Shown here: positions 47,601-59,102 of the stretch, one piece after another
Position numbering within the stretch: position 1 is the stretch's first letter
Layout of the letters: every line of letters starts with the position of its first letter
Assembly: GCA_013239625.1 (NCBI GenBank)
Contig: MU054338.1
Span: 3,931,371-3,995,370 of the forward strand
Direction of reading: 5' to 3'
DNA length: 64,000 nucleotides
Source: Lama guanicoe
Taxonomy: Eukaryota
Notes under the pieces: model-generated
What the model was told of the DNA's origin: nothing
What the model saw: the letters and a program-made list of their open reading frames with translations, nothing else
Database searches by the model: none
Position numbers and translations under genes: made by a program

Positions 47601-50346
47601 GGACCAACACCCTCTAAAAGGGAAGGAGAGAGGACATTTAGGCTTGTCAGAGGCGAGTCCTGCAAACAAACACAGGTTACAGCCAGAGTGACCGCCCGGT
47701 TCCACTGTGGCTTTATGGGAACAGGAGCAGGATAGGAAGGGGAGGAGAGGAGAGCACACGGTCGCACGCACTCAGGTGGATGCAGCAGGGACGCACACAC
47801 GTGCACGAACACACACGTGCAAACGCGCCACACGCGCCTCCACCCGCCCCCAGCGCCTTTGCCTCCTTAGGGTCTGTGGTCAGCAAGGTGACGTGGGCTG
47901 AGAGCTGGGGACTGAGGAGAGCCTTCTGGCCGTCTGTCCATAACTCCCCCCTGGATGAGCACTGGGTCACACACCACAGCTTCTCAGTACACACAGGACC
48001 CATCCCTACCTGACACATGAGAAGCCCAGAGGGGTCAAGGCCAGGTTGAGGTCTCATGGCCTCAGCATCGTGAGTTCTAGAACCAGACTCAGCCCAGGCC
48101 AACTCCGGGGTCTCCGTGGCTGCTCTCTGGGCCCCTGTGTCGTCCTCACAGTGGGGCTTTGTCATTGTGCCCAGAGGACTGGTTGGACACACAAAGCTAA
48201 GAAAATGTGAAGGATGCAAATGTCCTCCAGAGGTGAGGGAGGTTAGGAATGTTTTGTTTCTGTAAAGCTGGGGCTTCAGAAGTCATCGACTGTGACTCTG
48301 TGATTGTCCAGCGTGGACCCTAAATCTCCCTGATCATGGTGATTCTGCAGGGCTTTGCCTAATAAACACCACTGTTCTAAGAGAAGTCAGCAGGGACCCA
48401 GCCCCCAGGAGCTCACCACCAAAGACAAAGAGAACACAGATGGTACAGGGATCAGCAGGATGGATGGATGAGCACAGTGTGGTCCCTCCACACACCAGAA
48501 CATCACTCAGCCAGAGACAGGAGTGAAGCACTGACACCTGCTTCCATGTGGACGGACCCTGAGAACACGATGCTCAGGGAGAGAAGCAGACACAGAAGGA
48601 CACACAGTGTGTGACTCCATGGATGTGAAACGTCCAGAACAGGCCAGTCCGCAGACACAGAGAGTGGATCTGTGCCTGTCAGGGGCTGGGGGACAGGGGT
48701 GGGGAGTGGCCGCTAACGGGGTGCAGGGTTTCTTTTGGGGGTGAAAACGTTCTGGAACCAGATGGAGGTGGAGGCTGTAAAACATTATGAGTGTCTTCAG
48801 TGCCACGGAATTCACTTTAAAATGGAGAATGTTGCATCATGTAAATTTCACCTCAAATAAACAAATAAGAATAGTAAGGATTCACACGCACACGCCCTCC
48901 GGCGGAGCTGTCCAGTATGGGAGCTACTAGCTGTGTGGCTGTGTGGCCACTGAAATTTAGTTCGATTTAAGTAAATTGTGGAATTCAGTGCCTCAGCTGC
49001 ACTGGCCACGGTGCCAGTGCTCAGAGCCTGGTGGATGGCGCAGGGCTGAGAGCTGAAGCAGGAAGAGCCTGTCACGGGGACAGAGGGGGCAAGAATGCCC
49101 CTTTGTGGTAAGAAACTGGGTGCTCACTGGTCAGGGAACTCGGGGCAGCCTGTGGGTGAGAGTGCTTGGACGGGGGGGCAGGTGGGTGGGGGACACAGCC
49201 ACCAAGGCTGGGGTGGGGGACTGGATCCATCTCCAGTAGGGACGGATCCCAGGAGCCCAGATGGGCATAGCGGCCATGGCAGGACCTGGGACCAGTCAGA
49301 CTGCAGGGAAAACAGTGGCCACCCTGGTCCCGGGGTGCCAGAGACTGGGGCTCTGCGAGAAGGACCCGGGGGAGCTCAAAGTGGAGCGCTGGTGCACCAG
49401 TCTCGGTGGGCACGGAAACAATCAACTAGGCCACAACCGCAAGTGGTAACGCCCTCCTGGCCCCCCCCCTGGGGCGTCCATGCTTCCAGGAAATAAGCAC
49501 AAAACATGTCCAACTATTCATTCTAAATTGAATAAACTGCTTCAATGTCTGCCTTTCTGCTTTTGCTGAATTTTGGGTTTTTTTCCTACCATAATCAATT
49601 CTTTCTTTCACGTTCCTAACTTTCAGATTCATAAATCTTAGCTGATCATGTGACCACAGTGGACCTCTGCACACACCTATGATTTCCAGTCTGTTCTGTG
49701 ACTATCAATTTCATGTAGTCTTGTCAATAACTTTATGTTCACATCTACTTTATGGTGTATTTCAATCCACTATAGAAATCAAGAAGTTGGGAGAGGCTGA
49801 ATGTGAAAATTCTCTCTGCAAATTTTGATTCTAATGCTAGATTCGGTTTTCAACCACATCCTAAGAATTCTAACTTCTCTTTTGCCTTATGGATAGAAAG
49901 TCTCTCTGCCTAAAAGGGTCATTTCCAAAGTACAAGAAAATTTCTACTAGCAAATAAGAATGAACTAAGTCAGAGTTGGGGAGTTCTTTCCTTTTGAGTT
50001 TGTCCTTGGTGAGACCTTTTAAACAAACAGGGAAAAAGCCAAATTAACGGGGTACAAGGCGGGCAGACGAGGGTGTGGCTATTTCAACAGCTGCAGGCGT
50101 GGAGCTGAGAAGTCAAGTCAGAAGAACAGAGATTCCTCACTCTGCTGATTCCAGTGTTTTTCAAAACCAAAGTGGACGCATCCACATGGTTGCGCCGTTG
50201 TTCCCGGAGCAGCCCGGGTGGCCAGCGGGCTGGTCTGTTACCTGCGGGGAGGCTGGCACCGGCTGGGCCACGGGCGTCTGGGCAGCCGCCGACGGACACA
50301 GAGCCACAGAAGCCGGTGAATCAGATCCGCCCTCTGAATTCTGCAT
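11526..50346 (-). CDS. RFX2: Regulatory factor X2 (winged-helix transcription factor); 17 coding exons, 2184 nt, 727 aa, intact
   Basis: complement(join 11526-11638,12116-12158,13190-13343,16576-16784,17468-17617,18483-18580,19133-19287,19819-19931,20282-20400,21167-21282,23494-23613,24900-25081,30911-30985,43767-44028,45513-45592,47524-47613,50242-50346); all GT-AG with matching phases; translation MQNSEGG...[19 protein letters not shown]...[11 protein letters not shown]...[15 protein letters not shown] matches RFX2. Confidence 0.98.
12116..12158 (-). CDS. RFX2: RFX2 exon 17 (43 nt)
   Basis: tttcag|[14 protein letters not shown]+G|gtggg. Confidence 0.95.
12520..13015 (+). mobile_element. 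L1MB-like 3'UTR fragment (GC-shifted)
   Basis: gcaattccactcccagg..., aatgttctggaactagagag..., tatttcaccacaat. Confidence 0.75.
13190..13343 (-). CDS. RFX2: RFX2 exon 16 (154 nt)
   Basis: ctccag|[51 protein letters not shown]|gtgag. Confidence 0.98.
16576..16784 (-). CDS. RFX2: RFX2 exon 15 (209 nt)
   Basis: ccctag|[22 protein letters not shown]...[11 protein letters not shown]|gtacat. Confidence 0.97.
17468..17617 (-). CDS. RFX2: RFX2 exon 14 (150 nt; dimerisation domain)
   Basis: cacag|[50 protein letters not shown]|gtgac. Confidence 0.98.
18483..18580 (-). CDS. RFX2: RFX2 exon 13 (98 nt)
   Basis: tcccag|(S)[32 protein letters not shown]|gtaac. Confidence 0.97.
19133..19287 (-). CDS. RFX2: RFX2 exon 12 (155 nt)
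   Basis: ccgcag|[51 protein letters not shown]|gtaag. Confidence 0.96.
19506..19630 (+). mobile_element. tRNA-derived SINE (Vic-1-like) in RFX2 intron 11
   Basis: gagctcagttgtagagcac...gaggtcctgggttcaatccccagtgcctcca plus A-rich tail. Confidence 0.85.
19819..19931 (-). CDS. RFX2: RFX2 exon 11 (113 nt; not in the ORF track)
   Basis: ttcccag|[37 protein letters not shown]|gtagc, read manually. Confidence 0.95.
20282..20400 (-). CDS. RFX2: RFX2 exon 10 (119 nt)
   Basis: ccccag|(D)[39 protein letters not shown]|gtgac. Confidence 0.96.
21167..21282 (-). CDS. RFX2: RFX2 exon 9 (116 nt)
   Basis: gaccag|[38 protein letters not shown]|gtgag. Confidence 0.96.
21400..21815 (-). mobile_element. L1MB-like 3'UTR fragment
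   Basis: ttttaagtgcacagttc...ccttcctttttaaggctgag...atccgctgatggacacttgggttgc. Confidence 0.75.
21978..22107 (+). repeat. 130-bp direct repeat, copy 1 (RFX2 intron 8)
   Basis: 128/130 identical to 24384-24513 by manual alignment. Confidence 0.95.
22960..23290 (+). mobile_element. L1MC-like 3'-end fragment
   Basis: ggaaaaggaaaactatggaga..agatcagtggttgcc...gctgtgaccctaaaactgctct; similar to 57170-57530. Confidence 0.7.
23494..23613 (-). CDS. RFX2: RFX2 exon 8 (120 nt; end of DNA-binding domain)
   Basis: ttccag|[39 protein letters not shown](R)|gtggg. Confidence 0.97.
24384..24513 (+). repeat. 130-bp direct repeat, copy 2 (RFX2 intron 7)
   Basis: 128/130 identical to 21978-22107. Confidence 0.95.
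24900..25081 (-). CDS. RFX2: RFX2 exon 7 (182 nt; RFX DNA-binding domain)
   Basis: taccag|[60 protein letters not shown](R)|gtggg. Confidence 0.98.
27140..27900. promoter_or_regulatory. Intragenic CpG-rich element in intron 6 (candidate enhancer or internal promoter)
   Basis: CpG-dense 27150-27320; NF-Y site GATTGGCT at 27687; six forkhead-type RYAAAYA motifs. Confidence 0.55.
27990..28420 (+). mobile_element. L2-derived GC-rich fragment (other L2 pieces ~1540-1660, 4380-4620)
   Basis: tgcaaaggccctgggg...gaggaacagtgaggag..ggctggagcagagtgag...gggagccctggagggct. Confidence 0.65.
30911..30985 (-). CDS. RFX2: RFX2 exon 6 (75 nt, phase 0-0 cassette exon)
   Basis: ctttag|[25 protein letters not shown]|gtaagt. 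Confidence 0.95.
31997..32087 (-). mobile_element. tRNA-derived SINE (Vic-1-like)
   Basis: Reverse complement of ggggagggtacagctcagtggtagagc...gggttcaatccccagtgcctcc; T-rich tail on the left. Confidence 0.85.
32090..34185 (+). mobile_element. Old L1 (L1M) ORF2 3' part and 3'UTR, degenerate
   Basis: Frame fragments [66 protein letters not shown]. Confidence 0.9.
32890..33018 (+). mobile_element. tRNA-derived SINE (Vic-1-like) nested in an L1, with a 13-bp TSD
   Basis: ggggagggtatagctcagtggtagagc...; TSD AAAGGGATCAAAG at 32877-32889 and 33019-33031. Confidence 0.9.
34200..35030. mobile_element. hAT-Charlie (Charlie1-like) fragments
   Basis: cacacagaatattaaaaag...gggttgagattt and terminal tattattatgaaaacagttttgacctcgtgg (recalled consensus similarity). 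Confidence 0.65.
37100..37330. mobile_element. MER58A-like hAT MITE (other copies at ~1740-1975, 46857-47056, 52105-52320)
   Basis: caggagttggcaaactttttctgtaaagggcc...ccaataaaactttatttacaaaa; reverse-complement copy at 46857. Confidence 0.8.
40930..43360 (+). mobile_element. Old L1 (L1MC-like) ORF2/3'UTR remnant with nested inserts
   Basis: Fragments [31 protein letters not shown] and [20 protein letters not shown]-rich plus strand. Confidence 0.9.
42560..42702 (-). mobile_element. tRNA-derived SINE (Vic-1-like) nested in an L1
   Basis: Reverse complement of gggggagggtatagctcaagtggtagagc...gggttcaatcccc...aaacctaattacctccccc. Confidence 0.88.
43767..44028 (-). CDS. RFX2: RFX2 exon 5 (262 nt; activation-domain region)
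   Basis: ggcag|(L)[13 protein letters not shown]...HTSRSSPAT|gtatgt. Confidence 0.96.
45185..45272 (-). mobile_element. tRNA-derived SINE (Vic-1-like) in RFX2 intron 4
   Basis: atggaggtactggggattgaaccc...gctctaccgctgag. Confidence 0.8.
45513..45592 (-). CDS. RFX2: RFX2 exon 4 (80 nt)
   Basis: tttcag|[26 protein letters not shown]+TT|gtacgt. Confidence 0.96.
47524..47613 (-). CDS. RFX2: RFX2 exon 3 (90 nt)
   Basis: tttag|[30 protein letters not shown]|gtaac. Confidence 0.96.
48440..48865 (+). mobile_element. L1MB-like 3'UTR fragment (GC-shifted)
   Basis: ggatggatgagcacagtgtggtc...gggtttcttttgggggtgaaaacgttctggaac...cactttaaaatgg. Confidence 0.75.
50242..50346 (-). CDS. RFX2: RFX2 exon 2 coding part (exon starts at 50354 with 8 nt of 5'UTR)
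   Basis: Acceptor ctctctctag|acctgagc[38 protein letters not shown]; donor CAG|gtaac. Confidence 0.96.
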
Positions 50347-52699
50347 GCTCAGGTCTAGAGAGAGGCAGGGAGAGAGTGAGTGGCGTGGGGCTGCAATCAC
50401 CAAGCCCAGGGAGGCAGCTTTGGACACGTACAAGATGCACGAGCAATCATTACCCACAGCCTTCCAAGTTCAAATGCAGGGACCCTGGCCAGACTGGGAG
50501 AGACACTGCACAGTCATTCCACAGTGGGGAGAGCTGGGAGAGGGGCAGGGAAGGTTTTCCAAATATAAACCCCAAAAGAGCCCCGCAGGAGTTTCTGCGT
50601 AACAAGCCAGGATAACAGCTTCTCCCTTTCCTATCTGATCAGGCTTAACTATATTCAAGGGCTCATACAATTTTTAAACTCACTTATCCAGAAAATCAAA
50701 AGCTCCTGAAGGATGCTTGCCATCTGCAGAGCCACCACCCCCCAAACTGTAAGCACCTCCTCTGCGGGCAGGGCCTCCCCCCGGCACCGCTGGCCTCAGG
50801 GCTGGGCATTCTCTGTGGGGCTGTCCGGGCACTGCGGGGTCTTGAGCAGTAAGGTAAAGTGCCTTCTGTTTCTAGAGCCCTTCGCCCAAGAGAAAGCACA
50901 AAAGTGTATTTTTTTTTTTTTTGCAGCTGGGTGCATACATTTTCCAAACAGGCAGCTTCAAAATTCTCTATGGAAAGACTCACTTAACCTGAGCATGAAG
51001 TGGCCGGGGATACAAACTCATTCCAGGAAAATGCCAACAGTCAGACTTCTTTCATCTGAAATAAATGCTGGCTACCTTTAAGGTTTTGAGAAGCCGCTCA
51101 ATCCACAAACGGCAGAGAGAGGAGGTGGCTTTATGGTCACACACCCCTGTCCCCATCCCTGTCCTGTCCTGGCCCCATCTCTGAGCACATTCGCCCAACG
51201 CGTAGAGTCCCGGGGCTACTGACTCCTGGGGAAGCCTGGACAGTGTGGCACACACCATGGTGCCTGGGACACACTGCCCCTCCAATAAGGAGTGGAGAAT
51301 TTTTAAAAAAGCCTTTTTAAAAAAAATGCAAAGAAAAACTGATAATAGATTAAAATAATTTGCCTAAAGGAAGCAGAAAGGGGTGTGTGTGTGTGTTTGA
51401 ATCCGAGAGTGTTGGCTTAATCCTGTGTTTACTGACTATTCCCCGACTCCCCCTTCCCCCTCCCAGATGCCTTTGGGGCCACGAGAGCCACTGGATGGAC
51501 CACGTCCGTGTCTGGCACATTATTCTGTTTCCCATGACCTTGACTCAGTTCTCACCACCAGATGTCCCCAGAGCCACGCAGTGACAGGTGCCTCCTACTT
51601 TCTCTGCTTGTTTCAGAGGAGGAGCTTGTGAACTTCCAATCTTCTGTTTCCTGGGGCTCCAGCTTTCTCTGTCTTCCTGATCGAATTGACCTTTGGAATT
51701 ATTCTGTTGGAATTTGTTTAATTGAGGTCTCTTATTTTCAGTTTTTTCTGACTGTTTACACCAGGCATTTGCACACTATACACCACTGTGTTTCCATCTG
51801 AAGCCAGGAAGTAGGTAACTTCAGTGGCACCACGAGGAAAGGGACTAGAACTCACTGAGACCGGTTCCTTGTTCCACCAGCTGCAATGATTGTGCTCCAC
51901 AGCTGAAGTCTTATTGAAACAAGGAGAGCCTGTGAGAATGTTGGGATAGACAGGGGCCCACGCTCTGCTTCCTGTGGCCAGAACACACCTTCCAGAATGC
52001 AAGTTATTTAAGATCAAGCAGCGTTTTCAGGTGAGCGTGTTCCCCAGTCTAACACACCCCTGACAATGCACTGTCCGTCGCTCACACTGCTCAGCGTACG
52101 TTGTTCAGACCCGAGTCAGCAAACTTGTTCTGTAAAGGATCAGAGACCTCTGGAGCCACATGGTCTCTGTTACAACCACTAGGCTCTAACATCATAGCAC
52201 AAGAACAGCCATGGCTAACATATAAATGAATGATCCTGGCTGTGTTCTAATAGAACTTTATTTATAAAAACAGGCGATGGGCCAGGTTTGGCTCATGGGC
52301 CACAGTTGCTGGCTGCTGGTCCATGTAATTTGGGTTTGATAAAGTGATGTGGTTTTGGAAGGTGGGTGGAAAAATTAGACTGTCTGGATTCAAAGTCTTG
52401 AGGCCCACACGCTCTTGGTCCAGTGCATGGTTCTTTTTGGCCACATGTCACCAACATGACAGGACTATAGGGGGCCCCGGAGAGTGACTCAAATTGTTAG
52501 GAGGATGGAGGGGCTGACCTTTAAAGACAAATGGAAGTAATCAGATGCTGGTCTGAAATGACAACAGTGGTGCTCCCGGAGCTTATGTGAAGTCATGAAT
52601 AAAACTGATTCCTCAAATCTGGGAGCCCCAGAAGCCAGGTGCAGCCCTTAAACCTGAAGATGGGAGTTCGAATACAATGGACAGGTTACTTTGGGGAAC

Positions 52700-53108
52700 T
52701 TAGTGGGTTGAAGAGTGTGCCCCCCCAAATTCACGTCCACCCGGAATCTCAGAATGTGACCTTATTTGGAAATAGTGTCTTTGCAGACGGAATCAAGGAA
52801 AGGACTGGGGTGAGATCATACTGGGTTAGGGTGCCCTAAATCCAGTGACAGTGTTCTTGTAATAGACAGAAAAGGACACACAGAGGAAAGAAGGTTCTGT
52901 GATGATGGAGGCAGGGACTGAGGCATGTAGCTACAATGCAAGGCCAAGGATGGCAGGGCCACCAGCTTTGGAAGAGGCAGGAAGGCCCCTCCCCGGAGGG
53001 GTCACAGCCCTGTCGACACACTCCTCTCCAGAACCATGAGAGGATACATTTTTGTTGTTTCCAGCCACACATTCCGTGGTGCTTTGAATGGCAGCCCCAG
53101 GAAACTCC
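52700..53108 (+). mobile_element. MaLR LTR (MLT1B/C-like)
   Basis: gggttgaagagtgtgccccccaaattcacgtc...cagaatgtgaccttatttggaaatag...gcagccccaggaaact. Confidence 0.8.
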
Positions 53109-53814
53109 CCAGGGCCCCTCTCGCATCCTGTGAGAGGTTTTGGTGTCCTGCTTCCACGCCAGGCACGACTCTGGCAGCTGACACACATTTCTCAAATGAA
53201 TGAAGACTTCAGTGACGCCTGAGTATTACCTCTGACACTGAAGTGCGAACATTTATATAGAGCGTTTCAGATAGTGAGTCTACCACAGCACTTTATGAAA
53301 CAGATAATAATACACAGAATTATGATTTCAAGAGGCAGTACAGTTGGGAGCTATAAATAGGTTCATAAAGTTTCAGAAAATTTAACAACTGACCTGGTTA
53401 TTTCAGGGGGACCTAGGACTCTCTGACTGCTCTGCTCTCCCCGAATGCATCCTTGATGTTAGGATCAGACAGACAGACAGACGGACAGATGTCATGTGGG
53501 CCAGAGCCTGGCTGCTCTGATACATGAACACACAACACGCCTATCCAAAGAGAGCATGGACTCCTTCCTCACCCACCTAAGGTATTCAAGGTTGTAGGTT
53601 ACACATAAGCTGATCCAGTTTCCTGAAAATGTTTTCTTTGGGTCCATTAATCAAGGGTTCTCAGCTCGTCAAAGTTTAGATATTTTTAAGGTTTTTTAAA
53701 AGGCATGCAAAAGAGCCCTGGTTTTTAGTAATGACGCAGCAAACTGGTTGGACTAACCCTCATTCAGATAACAGCAAAAAATCTGGGCAAAGTATTTTTT
53801 AAAAGCAACTATTT

Positions 53815-53958
53815 CAGGGAAATATATTCAATAACTTTTGATAACCTATAATAAAAAATAATACAAAAAAGAATATTTATATATGTATAACTGAATGACT
53901 AGGCTGTACACCAGAAACTAACACAACATTGTAAATCAACTACATTTTAAGAATTAAA
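53815..53958 (+). mobile_element. 5'-truncated L1 3' end with a perfect 14-bp TSD
   Basis: TSD AAAAGCAACTATTT at 53801-53814 and 53959-53972 at a TTTT/AAAA endonuclease site. Confidence 0.85.
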
Positions 53959-56904
53959 AAAAGCAACTATTTAAAGACCATGGAGGGTGATCAAACCAGG
54001 GAGACACTGCTGGGGAGCCCACCAGGGAAAGGCTGCTGTCAAAAGTCAGACGGGTTGGTGACTCTGTGGCTTTTTGCTCGGAGGCACACCCCAATCCACA
54101 AGTGCTTGGGTGGCAGAAAGCTGCAGCATGGTTGTCTTAAAGTTTGAAAAGCAAGAGTTCACAATGTTGCGGGGAATCCCGGAAGAAGAGCCACAGAGAG
54201 AGTGAACCCCCAAATCTGACCACAGAGTCCACCCAAATCTTTAGCCAACTGACTAGAAACCACACATGTGAGGGAGACATGGGGGTCTTGGAGAAAAACC
54301 AGTAATTAGAAGATGAAAAAACTATGAGGAGATTTCAGCTGCTACTCCCTGCAGGAGGGACAGAGTTTGAGTCATGCCAAGTTAAATACCATCAGGAGAA
54401 GATAGTGGAATCCAGAGATTCTACAACATATCATTCACGATGTTCAGAACCCAATAACACAAGAACTATGACAAGAAATAGGAAATTGTGATTCATACTC
54501 AAGAAGAACAACAAAGGAGACAGTTACAACCCAACCAAGATGATCCTGGTGATGCAGATAAAGCAGCTACTGAAAATATGCTCAAGAACTTAAATGAAGT
54601 TGTATGCACCATGAATGAATGTATGGGAATCTCAGTGGAGGAAGAGAAACTTTTAAAAAGAGCCAGGCAGAAATTTTGGAGCTGAAAAGCATAGAAACTA
54701 AAATGGAAACTTCACTGGATATGCTTAACAGCTGATTAGAGATGGCAGAAGGAAGAGTGAACCTGAGGAGAGATCAGGAGAATCCAATCTGAAGAACTGA
54801 GGGGGAAATATGAAGGAAAATGAACAGAACATGCAGTTTAACATACTGCAAGTCCCAGAAAAAAAGGAGAGAATGGGAGAGGAAAAAAGACATATTTGAA
54901 GAATGGCCAAACATCTCTTAAATTTGGTGAGAGACATCAACTTACAGGTCCCAGAAGCTCAACAAACCCCAAGAAAGATAAATACAAAGAAAATCAACTT
55001 AAATGTGTCATAGTGAAACTGTTAAAATAAAAAAATAAATAAAATAAAATCTTTAAAGCAACTAGAGAAAAATTCACACTATATTCAAGGAAACAACAGC
55101 TTGGATGACAGCCAACTTCTCATCAGTAACAATGGTGACTAGAAGACAATAGAATGACATCTTTAACGTGTTGGCGGAAAAAAAAAACTGTCAACCCAGA
55201 ATTCTGTATCCAGCAAAGCTATTGTTAAAAGGTGAAAGAAAGACATTTTATGCTAAACAAAACTTGAGAAATTTTGCTGCCTACGCTATAAGACAAGCAA
55301 AAAGTAGTTCTTCAGGATGAAGGGAAATAACACCAGATGGTAAACTCGGAGCTACAAGAAGAGATAAAGATCACTTGAAGTGATAAATATGTGGGCAATT
55401 ACAAAAGACTCTACTGTTTTCTTTCCTTCTCTTAATTTCTTTAAAATATCTGTATCTATTTAAAAAATTTGTAAGTCTCTTATGGGATCTGTAACACATG
55501 TAGATGTAATCTGTGTAAGAGTGGCAGCACAAAGGAATGGGCGGGTAAATGGCTCATGCAAGGTATTTTACATGATATAGGAAAATATTACCTCCATCCA
55601 GTTTGTGATAGAGATGCATATTGTAATCCCTATGGTAACCTCTTCAAAAATATAAAACGATACAGCTAAGGAACTAATAGAGGAATAAAATGGAATACCA
55701 AACATAACTGATTATCCCCAAAGAAGGCAGGAAATGAAGAAGAAAAAACAGATGAAACAAAAGGCAACATGGCTTTTCTAAATCCAGACATATTAATAAT
55801 TACAATAAATTTAAATAGAGTAAACATTTGAATGAAAAGGCAGAAATAGTCAATCTGGATAAAAAACGAGAGTCCATTATATGCTGCCTAAAAGAAAGCC
55901 TCTTTAAATATAAAGGCACACACAGGTGGAAAGTAATAGGGTGGAAAAAGACATACCACGCAGACACCAATCTTAAGAAAGCTGGAGTGGGTATAAGGAT
56001 CAGAAAAATAGACTTCAAGGCAGGAACATCACCTTGAAGATAGCTTGAGATAATGAGGGACATTTCACCATGATAAAATGACCAATTTATCAGGATGACA
56101 TAATCATTATAGATGCACCTAGTAATAATACAGCTTCAAAACAGAACTAAAGGAAGAAATCAATAAATATATAATTATAGTTAGAGATTTTAAATACCCT
56201 TCTCTCAGTAATTTTGATAGAAATTAAACAAAAATGTCAGTGAAGATCCAGAATATCTGACACTATCAATCACATTGATCTAACTACTATTTCTAGAACA
56301 CAACCACCAAAACCTGCACATTCTTTTCAAACGTACATGGACTATATTCACCACGATGGGTCATATTTGAGCCTAAAGTCAGTCTTATACATTTCAAAAT
56401 AACAAAATTATATAGAGCAGGTATGTGCTTTGACCATAATGGAATAAATTAGAGATCAGTAGAATACCTAGAAAAATGCCAAAATATTTAGAAAATTTAA
56501 AATACACTTCCAAAATAACCCACAGATCAAAGAATAAAGAGAAATTAGAAAATATTTTAAACTAAATGATAATGAAGACATCACATATCAAAATTTGTGA
56601 GATGCATCTAAAGCAGTGCTTGGAGGGAAATGTTTAGCTTTATAAACTTCTATTTTTAAAAAAGGCTCAAAATTAATCATTAAGTGTTCAACTTTAGGAT
56701 GCTCTAAAAAGACAAGCAAATTAAACTTAAACTAAGTAAAATGAAGGAAACAATAAAGTAAAAATTAATGAAAAAAAACTAAACCTCTCCAAATGATGGA
56801 GAAAATAAACAAAACCAAAATTTCTTCAAAACTGAAATTTCTTCCAAAAGGAAATGAGCTACCAAGCCATGAAGAGACATGGAGGAAACAGCAAATACAT
56901 ATTA

Positions 56905-57118
56905 CATTTGGCCATTGAACAACTTGGGTTAAGGCCACTCCACATGCAGTCAAAAATCTGAGTATAACTTCACAGTTGGCCCTCTGTATCCACAGCTCTG
57001 CATCTTTGGATTCAACAAACCACAGACCACGCAGTACCGTAGTATGTATTTATTGAAAAAAAATCCACAGGTAAGCAGACTCGTGTGCTTCAAACCTGTG
57101 TTGTTCAAGGGTCAACTG
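56905..57118. mobile_element. Tigger-family (TcMar) non-autonomous element
   Basis: TIRs CATTTGGCCATTGAACAAC / GTTGTTCAAGGGTCAACTG with TA duplication (56903-56904, 57119-57120), interrupting an L1 3'UTR. Confidence 0.82.
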
Positions 57119-59064
57119 TACTAACTGAAAGTAAATGCATTCATACTGTACGACTTCAGCTATATGGCATTCTGGAAAAGGAACAACTACGGAGACAGTA
57201 AAAAGATCTTTGGTTGCCAGGAGTCAGGGAGAAGGAGGAACGGATAGGAGCACAGAGGATTTTTAGGGTAATGAAAATACCCTGCATGATACTCTACATT
57301 TGTCCAAACCCATAGAAAGTACAGCAGCAAGAATGAACCCTAACGTAAAAACTGGACTCTGGGTGATAATGATCTGTTATGTAGGTTTATCAGTTGTAAC
57401 AAATGTACCTTCTGGTGGGGGATGTTGATATTGGAGGAGGCTACGCATGTGCAAAGGCAGAGGGTATACGGGAAATTTCTGTACCTTCCTTTCAATTTTG
57501 CTTGAATCTAAAACTGCTCTTAGAAAAATCCTAGAAAAAAACAGAAAAGATTGACAACCCCCTCCATTAAAAAAAAAAACTGATAAAAATGAAAGAGAAA
57601 AGAAAAAAACCACAAATAGCCGATTTCAGGAATGAAATGAGATATACCACTACAAATCTTACAGAAATCAAAACGATAATAAGAAACTATTATGAACAAC
57701 TCTAGCCAATACATTAAACAATTTAGATCTAATGAACCCTTTTTTGAAAAATACAACACACTAAAACTGACACCAGGTGAAATGGAAACCATGAATGTGT
57801 ACATCTAACAAGGAAATTGAATACATTATTGAAAACCTTCCTACAAAGAAAACTCGAGGCACAGTTTCACTGGTGAATGCTATCAAACACTGAAGAAGGA
57901 ATTAACACACAAATTCCACCAGAAAATAGAGCAAGGAATACTTCACAACTCATTTCATGAGGTCAGCAAAATGCTGACACTAATACTTGATAAAGATATC
58001 ACAAGTATTTAGACCAACATCCCTTATGAACACATATGCAAAATCATAACAAGAAATTAATAAATTAAATCCAGCAATATATAACCAATATAACCCATAC
58101 TTGTGTTGTCAATGATTTTCTTTTCCTAGTGAAGCCCCAGCTCTTTTTCTCCTCAATGATTTCTGACAAAGGTGCCAAGACAATTCAACAGAGAAAGGAA
58201 AGTCACTTAAACAAATGATTTATCTGTATGGGAAGAAAAGAACAAATTAACCTCAATCTCTACCTCACACCATGTATAAAAATGATTTGTAAGTTAGATC
58301 ACAGACTTACACATAAAAGCTAAAGCTATAAAACTACTGAGAGAAAACAGGCAAAGGTTTCTTAGAAGGGGTGCAGAAAGTAATAAACATAACAGAAAAA
58401 AAATGATAAATTAGATTTCATCAAAAGTTAAAACTTCTGCTTATTAAAAGTTTTCATTAATAACAAAAATTGGTAAGCTGTAGTCTGGGAGAAAATATCT
58501 GCAAAACATGTATCTGACAAAGGACTTTTATCCACAATATATAGAAAGTTCCTACAACTCAATACTAGGAAGACAACTTTATGGGCAAAAGATTTGAATA
58601 GGCACTTCAAAAAGATATACAGAGGCCCCAAAAGTACATGAAATTGTGCTCAACATTGTTAGTCACTAGGGAAATGCAAATTAAACTACAATGACATGCC
58701 ACTAAAGACTCACTACAATGGCTAAAATAATATCTGACAACAACCAGTGTTGAGAGCACACGGAGAAACGGTAACTCTCACACTGGTGGGGATGTAAAGC
58801 GGTAACTCTCACACCACCACTGGAAGAAGGTTTGGCAGTCTTCCAGACCGTTAAACCTACCCTTCAACCCAGAATTCCTCTCCTAGATGTTTATCCAAGA
58901 GAAATGGAAACATGGCTTCCAAAAATTTGGAAAGCATGTTTGTAGCAGTTTTATAGCCAAAAAGTAGAAAGAACCCAAACGTCTATCATCAGAGGAATGA
59001 ATGAGAAATTCCAGATTGTGGTAAGTTAAACACGTGCAGGGTATTCCCTCAGGCAAACACTAAA

Positions 59065-59102
59065 CACACACACACACACACACATGCGCACACACACACA
59101 CA
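59065..59102. repeat. Interrupted (CA)n microsatellite
   Basis: Direct reading. Confidence 0.9.
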
